A stretch of 124,000 nucleotides of DNA from Hyalangium minutum (lineage in GTDB: Bacteria > Myxococcota > Myxococcia > Myxococcales > Myxococcaceae). A program made the position numbers and the translations under genes. Below, piece after piece: positions 114,338-124,000 of the stretch. Numbering within the stretch: position 1 is the stretch's first letter; each line of letters begins with the position of its first letter. The DNA lies in the NCBI RefSeq assembly GCF_000737315.1, contig NZ_JMCB01000003.1:20001-144000 (forward strand), read 5' to 3'. The notes under the pieces are model-generated. The model saw only the letters and a program-made list of their open reading frames with translations. It was not told the origin of the DNA and ran no database searches.

Positions 114338-115087
114338 TCAGTCCGTGTAGGCGAAGGCCTTCGGAGGTGTCCCAATCGGAGCCCGGAAGAGCAGGATCGC
114401 CGCGTGCCCGGAGAGGTTGCCCACGGCCAGGTAGATGTCCGGATCCCTGAGGGAGCCCAGCCCCAGCCGTGCCGGGGGCTTGCCGTACTTCTTCTCCATC
114501 TCCGCCATCGAGAGGACCTCGATGTCGTACAGATTCATCAGATCCGTGCGCTTCGTGCGCAGCTGCTTCACCCACGCGGCCACCAGCTCTTCCGGGGTGT
114601 TGTACCGCTTGTCCTCCAACTGGAACGGGTAGGTCAGCTCTCCCGCTGCCCGCCGAGCGTCCCCCGTGATCAGGTTCTCCAGGATGAACCGGGCCTCGGA
114701 CTTCACCTGCTCCCGTCTGTAGGTCTCCGCGTCATCCTTCTTCTCCGGGACTGGGGCTGCGGCAGCCGCCGGAGCAGGTGGGGCGGCCTGTGGCTTTGGC
114801 GCGGGAGCAGGCGCGGCCGTTGGAGCCGGTGCTGCGGCCGCCGGAGCAGGCTTCGGCGCAGGAGCAGGCGCCGCCGGAACTGGAGCGGTCGGCTGGGGCT
114901 CGGCCGGAGGTGGTTTGGCCTCAGACGGAGTCGGCTTCGCCTCCGCCGCAGGGGCAGGGGGAGGTGCCTTGGGCTCGGCTGCCTGAACGGCCGGCGGAGC
115001 CTGGGCCGGCTCGGCGGCTGGCTCGGGCGTCTGAGCGAGAGCAGGTGAGGTGAGGGTGACCATCAAGGCCAGGGTCCAGCGACGCAT
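114338..115087 (-). CDS. Hypothetical secreted Pro/Ala-rich protein
   Basis: Signal peptide, low-complexity linker, globular C-terminus. Confidence 0.7.
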   Translation of the reverse strand: MRRWTLALMVTLTSPALAQTPEPAAEPAQAPPAVQAAEPKAPPPAPAAEAKPTPSEAKPPPAEPQPTAPVPAAPAPAPKPAPAAAAPAPTAAPAPAPKPQAAPPAPAAAAAPVPEKKDDAETYRREQVKSEARFILENLITGDARRAAGELTYPFQLEDKRYNTPEELVAAWVKQLRTKRTDLMNLYDIEVLSMAEMEKKYGKPPARLGLGSLRDPDIYLAVGNLSGHAAILLFRAPIGTPPKAFAYTD

Positions 115088-115218
115088 GACACCTCCAAGG
115101 GGCCCGGGGGTTTTACCAGAGCCTTGCCCGGTTGGCCCGGTTCCCTCCGGGGGCCTCCAACACCCCGCGTTATTCACCGCGTGCATGTCCGGCGCGAGGT
115201 TGCTATGGGGGCCCCCCG

Positions 115219-118458
<3,240 letters not shown>

Positions 118459-118512
118459 GACGAGGAGCCACTCCCAATGGCACACTCGCGGGACATTCTC
118501 GGGAGGTGTGCC

Positions 118513-119421
118513 ATGTCGATGTGCGCTCGCGCTGCGCTGCTCTTGGGGCTGATGCTGGCTGCAGCCTGCACCAGCGGCCCCCGGCCGGAGATGGTCCTGG
118601 CCTCGGGCCAGGGGGGACCTTTCGGGCTGACCTCGGATTCGACGTACCTCTACTGGACCAACAGCACCGGTGGGCAGGTGATGCGCATACCGAAGGAGGG
118701 CGGTCCCCCCGTGACGCTCGCCTCTGGCCAGTTCGAGCCTCATGCCATCATCAGCAGCGGGCCCCACATGTTCTGGGCCAATCGGGGTAACCAGACGATC
118801 ATGAGAAAGCTGCTGCCGGGCGGTGATCCTGTTGTGGTGGCCACCGGGCAGCCGGATCTGGAGGGGCTGACGCTGACGGAAGACTTCGTCTACTGGGCCA
118901 GCGGCTCCTCAGTGGTGAGGAAGGCGTCGCTCTCCGACGGGGTTGTCTCCGCGGTGACGGATGTGCCCAGTGGCCCCAAGGATCTCGCCATCAGCGGCAG
119001 CCCGCACATCTACTGGTCCAACGCCGATGGCTCCATCCGCCGCGCGCCGCTGGAGGGCGGGAGGGAAGAGATCGTCGCGAAAGCGGGGCAGAACGCCACC
119101 AGCCTCGCGCTCAATAGCACGCACGTGTACTGGACCACGTTCTTCGGCGCGATCCACCGCGCCCCCCGGGACGGGGGGACCGTGGAGACGCTCGCGGAGG
119201 GGGAAGACCATCCGCGCTCCATCGCGGTGGTGGACTCCTTCATCTATTGGGCGGCGGGCGGCGAGAAGGACGGGGCGATCCGGCGGATGCGCCACTTGGG
119301 CCTCGGCAAGCCGGAGACGTTTGCCGCGGAGCAGGGCGAACCGGCGGGAATCGTTATGGATTTGGAGAACATCTACTGGGTGAACCAGGCGAGCGGCACG
119401 GTGGTGCGTGCGCCCTTGTGA
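118513..119421 (+). CDS. Beta-propeller (DUF5050-like) lipoprotein
   Basis: Lipobox AAAC; about 7 YW-type repeats. Confidence 0.75.
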   Translation: MSMCARAALLLGLMLAAACTSGPRPEMVLASGQGGPFGLTSDSTYLYWTNSTGGQVMRIPKEGGPPVTLASGQFEPHAIISSGPHMFWANRGNQTIMRKLLPGGDPVVVATGQPDLEGLTLTEDFVYWASGSSVVRKASLSDGVVSAVTDVPSGPKDLAISGSPHIYWSNADGSIRRAPLEGGREEIVAKAGQNATSLALNSTHVYWTTFFGAIHRAPRDGGTVETLAEGEDHPRSIAVVDSFIYWAAGGEKDGAIRRMRHLGLGKPETFAAEQGEPAGIVMDLENIYWVNQASGTVVRAPL

Positions 119422-119482
119422 GCCGGGCGCAACCTTGTCGGTGTCCTGGCGATAATTCCGCATATTCGCGGAGATTGAAAAA

Positions 119483-120460
119483 ATGACCCGGATCAACGGC
119501 TCGCCCACCCCCCTGCGCCTGCGCTCCACTGAGGACTCGGCTCTGCCGCCGGCCTCCAAGCCCGTGGCCACGGCAGCCCCCGCGAAGCTGACGGGCTTCT
119601 CGGGCGCCTCCGGGTTCACTGGCGGCTCCTCCAATCCCTGGGTGGATGGCCCGCACGGCCGGGCTCCGAGCGGCGCTCAGAAGCTGTCGCCCAACGATCT
119701 GGGCGTGATTCCGCAGGACCAGGGCAACACCAACGCGTGTGGCACCACGTCGCTGGCCAATGTGCTGACGCACTGGGGCCAGTCCACCACGCACGAGCAG
119801 ATCGACAAGGACATCCGCGCCTTCGACATGTTCTCGGCGCCGGACAAGATCGTCGACTACGCGAACTCGCACGGCATGCGCGCGGAGATGAAGGTCGACG
119901 CCAGCGTGGATGACATCGCGAAGATGGTCGACCAGGGCGTGCCGCCGATCGTCCTGATGGACCCGGACAGCGACAAGAACCTCAACCTGCACTACGTGAC
120001 GGTGTCCGGCTACAACCGCGACGCGAACGGGAAGATCACGGATCTGGTGATCTCCGACAGCGCGGGCGGCGACCGCTACACGATGCCGGTGGAGGAGTTC
120101 CAGAAGAAGTGGGACGACCTCAAGATGAAGGGCGTCGGCACGGGCCTCAACAACGTGATGATCTCCGTGGTGCCCAACGACGGCCGGAAGATCACCGGTG
120201 GCGACGGGGTGACGCGCAGCGCCTCCGACATCCAGCTGCCCAAGTCCAGCTTCTGGAGCAACCTGAAGTCCAGCGCGGCTCGCGGCGTGGCCAACCTGCT
120301 GGCGAACGTGACCAACGGCGCCAGCAAGGTCTGGGACGGCGTCAAGACGGTGGGCAACGCCATTGCCGATGGCGTCAAGGCCGCAGGCAACGCCATCGGT
120401 AACGCCGCGTCCGCGGTGGCCGATGGCGCCAAGAAGCTCTGGAAGTCGATCTTCGGGTAG
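119483..120460 (+). CDS. C39-like papain-fold peptidase with amphipathic C-tail
   Basis: QDQGNTNACGTTS (Q/C), LHYV (H), ISDS (D). Confidence 0.75.
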   Translation: MTRINGSPTPLRLRSTEDSALPPASKPVATAAPAKLTGFSGASGFTGGSSNPWVDGPHGRAPSGAQKLSPNDLGVIPQDQGNTNACGTTSLANVLTHWGQSTTHEQIDKDIRAFDMFSAPDKIVDYANSHGMRAEMKVDASVDDIAKMVDQGVPPIVLMDPDSDKNLNLHYVTVSGYNRDANGKITDLVISDSAGGDRYTMPVEEFQKKWDDLKMKGVGTGLNNVMISVVPNDGRKITGGDGVTRSASDIQLPKSSFWSNLKSSAARGVANLLANVTNGASKVWDGVKTVGNAIADGVKAAGNAIGNAASAVADGAKKLWKSIFG

Positions 120461-120472
120461 CTGTGTTTGGCC

Positions 120473-122260
120473 TTACTGTGCCGGGCTGTCTCCCAGCATC
120501 AGCCGCCGGAGGATCGGAACAGGCGGGTAGCCGTAGGAGACGGCTTGGTCGTGGAAGCGCTGGAGCGTGAAGCCCGAGCCCCAGCGGGCCCGCGCGTCCT
120601 CTCGCAGCTCCAGCAGCATCTTCTTGCCCAGCGCGTAGACGAGGTACGTGGGATCTGAGGTGCCCCGGCGCGCCTCGCGCTCGGCGTTGGTGTGCGTCAT
120701 GTACGCCTCCTCCTCGAAGAAGCGCACGGCCTGCTCGTACGTCATCCCCCGCGTGTGGAGCGAGAGCCCCACCACATAGCGCGCCAGGCGCTGCAGGTAG
120801 AGCGCGAGCTGGTTGAGGCGCAGCTTGTCCGCGTTGGGGCCGGTGCCGCCGTAGCCCTGCTCCAGCATCATCTGCTCGGTGTAGAGCCCCCATCCCTCGC
120901 TGAAGGAGCCCGAGCCCAGCATCCGCCGCACCTTCGAGTCCACACGGTTCGTCCACAGGAACTGCACGTAGTGGCCGGGGTAGGCCTCATGGATGGAGAC
121001 GAGCTGCAGCGCGTGGCGGTTGTAGAAGCTCATGTGCTGCTCGGTCTGCTCGGTGTTCCAAGAGGGCTCGGGCGGTGTCACGTAGTAGTAGGCCTCGGTG
121101 GCGCGCGTCTCGAAGGGCCCGGGCATGCTCATGCTGGCGAACGAGAGCGAGCGGTTGAACGCGGGCGTCTCGGCCACCAGGGCGCGCACGTCGCTGGGGA
121201 TGGTGATGATGCGCTGCTCCACGAGGAACTGGCGGATCTCCTCCAGCATGGCGCGCGTGGTGGGCACCAGCTCGGCCGGGGTGGGGTGCTCCTTGCCCAG
121301 CTCGCGGTAGACGTCCATGGGCGCCTTGCCGGGCGCGAGGCGCGCGGCCACCTCGCGGAACTGGCTCTGGGTGCGCTTCAGCTCCGCCTGGCCCCAGGCG
121401 AGCAGGGAGCCGATGTCCTCGGTGACGCCCTCTTCGTACTTGAGCTTTTGTCGGTAGAGCTCCTCGCCGATGGCGAAGTCCCCGTTCGAGCGGGGCAGCA
121501 GGTCCTCTCGCAGGAAGCGGATGAAGCCGTCGATGGCGGCCAGGCAGCGGGCCTGCTCCTGCTTGAAGGCGTCCTGCAGGGCGGCGTCCTTCACGGGCTC
121601 GAAGGCCTTGGGCAGGGTGTCCGCGTAGAGAGCGCGGGCGCCCTGGGCCTGCATGAGGGCGATCTCGGTCCACAGCTTGGGCGGGTTCTTCAGCGTGGCC
121701 TGCGCCGTGGTGAACACGGTGGGAACGCTCTTCATGCGGCTGATGGCCGAGCGCATGCGCTGCTCGAGCGGCGCGAAGTCCCGGTTCACGAGCTGGAAGA
121801 GGGCGAAGGAGGCTGTGTTCAGCCAGGTGTTGGGGTTGCGTTCCCAGGTGCGCAGGGTCTCTTGGTCCAGGATGCGTGCCCGGAGGTGGTTCTCGAGGAT
121901 GTCGTAGTCGGCCTGGTCGAGCGGCGGCAGGGCGGCGCGGTCCACCTTCTGGGGCAGGGCGGCAAGCTCGGCCTTGAGCTGGGCGAGGTAGGCGGCGCGC
122001 TCCTCGGGCGTAAAGCCCCGCAGCTCTCCATCATAGGTGTGGATGCCGGCTTGGGTGGCCTGGGTGGGGAAGCGGCGGAAGGTGTCCTCGAAGTGCGCGT
122101 TTACGAAGGCGCGCAGCGCCGTCTGGGCCGAGGATGGGCTCGTGGACTCGGCAGCCGGGGAGCCAGGGCCCTCCGTCTGGGAGGGCGGTCGCGAAGAGGT
122201 GCAGGCGGAGGACAACAGCAGGAGCGCGGAGAGGGCGCTCCTTGCACGCGGCGTGAACAT
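120473..122260 (-). CDS. DUF885 family lipoprotein
   Basis: Lipobox SSAC; HEAYPGH, FSEGW..Y.E. Confidence 0.88.
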   Translation of the reverse strand: MFTPRARSALSALLLLSSACTSSRPPSQTEGPGSPAAESTSPSSAQTALRAFVNAHFEDTFRRFPTQATQAGIHTYDGELRGFTPEERAAYLAQLKAELAALPQKVDRAALPPLDQADYDILENHLRARILDQETLRTWERNPNTWLNTASFALFQLVNRDFAPLEQRMRSAISRMKSVPTVFTTAQATLKNPPKLWTEIALMQAQGARALYADTLPKAFEPVKDAALQDAFKQEQARCLAAIDGFIRFLREDLLPRSNGDFAIGEELYRQKLKYEEGVTEDIGSLLAWGQAELKRTQSQFREVAARLAPGKAPMDVYRELGKEHPTPAELVPTTRAMLEEIRQFLVEQRIITIPSDVRALVAETPAFNRSLSFASMSMPGPFETRATEAYYYVTPPEPSWNTEQTEQHMSFYNRHALQLVSIHEAYPGHYVQFLWTNRVDSKVRRMLGSGSFSEGWGLYTEQMMLEQGYGGTGPNADKLRLNQLALYLQRLARYVVGLSLHTRGMTYEQAVRFFEEEAYMTHTNAEREARRGTSDPTYLVYALGKKMLLELREDARARWGSGFTLQRFHDQAVSYGYPPVPILRRLMLGDSPAQ

Positions 122261-122369
122261 GAGGCCTCTGGGAGGAAGATGCCGCGGGAGCCTCGCCGAT
122301 ATGCGTGGGGCCGACAAGGCGAGGGCGCTCTCTCGGGGTTAATCTCTGGCCCATGCGCTGGAGGCTGCG

Positions 122370-123539
122370 GTGAGGAAGTGGATCGTCCTGGGGATTGTGG
122401 CTGTCCTGGTTGTGGGCACCTTCATCGGGCTGGACGTGGCCGCCACGCGCGCGGGCCGCCGGATGAACGGCGTCCATCCCGGGCCGCCCTACACCCCGAC
122501 CAAGCGAGGCGCCGCGCTGCACTCGCAGCTCTTCATCACGGATCTCCATGCGGATCCGCTGCTGTGGAACCGGGACCTGAACGAGCGCTCGAAGGATGGA
122601 CAGGTGGATGTGCCCCGGCTTCTGGAGGGCAACGTCTCCCTGCAGATCTTCAGCGTCGTCACCAAGACGCCGAAGCACATGAACACCGAGCGCAATGACG
122701 ACACCACGGATGACGTGCAGTTGCTCGCATTCGCGCAGCGGTGGCCGCCGAGCGCTTGGTTCAGCTTGAAGGCCCGGGCGCTGTACCAGGCCCGGAAGCT
122801 GGAGGACTTGGCGGAGGACTCGGACGGCAAGCTGGTGTTCATGCGCACGCGGGCGGAACTGGAGCAGTTCCTTATCGAGCGCCAGAAGGACAGGAACAAG
122901 GTGGGGGCGCTGCTCTCGCTCGAGGGTATGCACGCGCTCGAAGGCAAGGTGGAGGCGGTGGACGATCTGTACGCCGCGGGCTTCCGGATGCTGGGGTTCG
123001 CCCACTTCTTCGACAACGAGGTGAGCGGGTCGGCCCACGGCATGAAGAAGGAGGGGCTGACGGAACTCGGACGCGCCGTGGTGAAGCGGATGGAGGAGCG
123101 GGGCATGACGCTCGATCTTGCGCACTCATCGCGGAAGACCTTCGAGGACGTGCTTGCGATCGCCACCCGGCCGGTGGTCGTGTCGCACTCGGGGGTGAGG
123201 GGCACGTGTGACAACAACCGGAACCTGAGCGACAGCCAGCTCCGCGCCATTGCTCGGAACGGTGGGGTGGTGGGTATCGGCTACTGGAGCACCGCGACGT
123301 GTGGCAAGGACGCGAAGGCCATCGCCCGTGCCATCCGCTACGCGGTGTCCGTGGCCGGGCTCGAGCACGTCGGGCTTGGCTCGGACTTCGACGGGGCGGT
123401 GACGACTCCGTTCGACACCGCGGGCCTCGTGGAGGTGACCGACGCGCTGATCGCTGAGGGCTTCGGGGAAGGGGAGATCCGGAAGATCGCTGGAGAGAAT
123501 GTGCTGAGGGTCTTGCGAGCGAATCTCCCCGCTCAGTGA
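122370..123539 (+). CDS. Membrane dipeptidase (peptidase M19)
   Basis: DLHAD, SLEG, DLAH, SHSG, GLGSDFDG. Confidence 0.9.
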   Translation: MRKWIVLGIVAVLVVGTFIGLDVAATRAGRRMNGVHPGPPYTPTKRGAALHSQLFITDLHADPLLWNRDLNERSKDGQVDVPRLLEGNVSLQIFSVVTKTPKHMNTERNDDTTDDVQLLAFAQRWPPSAWFSLKARALYQARKLEDLAEDSDGKLVFMRTRAELEQFLIERQKDRNKVGALLSLEGMHALEGKVEAVDDLYAAGFRMLGFAHFFDNEVSGSAHGMKKEGLTELGRAVVKRMEERGMTLDLAHSSRKTFEDVLAIATRPVVVSHSGVRGTCDNNRNLSDSQLRAIARNGGVVGIGYWSTATCGKDAKAIARAIRYAVSVAGLEHVGLGSDFDGAVTTPFDTAGLVEVTDALIAEGFGEGEIRKIAGENVLRVLRANLPAQ

Positions 123540-123548
123540 CGAAGGGGC

Positions 123549-124000
123549 TCAGTTCTCCACGGTGTACGTCTTGCGCAGGGGCTGGCCGTCGCGCTCGATC
123601 TGGAGCTCGATGCGCGAGGCGCCCTTCATGCTGTGGTAGGCCTCCATGGCGCGCATCGGATCATCGAGCGTGGAGCCGTTGATGCGCTGGAGGATGTCCC
123701 CGTTCTTCAGGCCGAGCTTGGCGTAGAGGGAGTCCGGCCTCATGGCGAACAGCTTGAAGCCCCTGGGCTTTCCGTCCGTGAAGGACGGCACCACCCGGGC
123801 CTGCGTGGCGATCTGGTTCAGGTTGGCCAGCGTGTTCTCCACGTCCTGGCGCGCGATGGCATAGGCGTCGGGGCCTGTCTGCCGCAGGGAGGAGCCAAAG
123901 CCCGTGGTGGGCGCGGCCGGAGCCGGTGGAGCAGATGGCATCCCGAGAGCCGCTGGGGCCGAGGTGAGGTCGAGGAGCTCCACCTGGCCGTTGTTCAAGA
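123549..124000 (-). CDS. gspC: GspC-like PDZ protein (5' end outside the window)
   Basis: QARVVP..GFKLF...S.YAKLGLKNGD.L.RING. Confidence 0.7.
   Translation of the reverse strand, partial: LNNGQVELLDLTSAPAALGMPSAPPAPAAPTTGFGSSLRQTGPDAYAIARQDVENTLANLNQIATQARVVPSFTDGKPRGFKLFAMRPDSLYAKLGLKNGDILQRINGSTLDDPMRAMEAYHSMKGASRIELQIERDGQPLRKTYTVEN

Overview
This is a 124-kb window from a high-GC myxobacterium, probably Cystobacterineae (Hyalangium/Stigmatella/Archangium-like). All annotation is by eye from the sequence and ORF track; no database searches were run, and start codons are judged from frame and RBS. The core scaffold holds selA, a romX-like gene with rluD, an RpoH-type sigma factor (sigB-like), a stand-alone rplC, a complete eight-gene nfs/glt-type cluster, typA, rsmD-coaD-aminotransferase and carB. 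Accessory content is interleaved. The two strongest signals are (1) a full-length bacterial major vault protein homologue (36223-38538) that appears to lack repeats R4-R5, and (2) an R-body (reb) gene pair directly upstream of two transglutaminase genes, one fused to a DUF2126 amidoligase and one to an Ntn domain lacking its catalytic Cys (86685-92839). Other points are three tandem orphan cheB paralogues, a kinase/lipoprotein-nuclease/immunity module, a two-gene cassette flanked by an exact 21-bp repeat, a yybP-ykoY Mn riboswitch, and good sigma-54 promoters before sigB and before a SulP-carbonic anhydrase operon. I found no tRNA, rRNA, CRISPR array or intact transposase.
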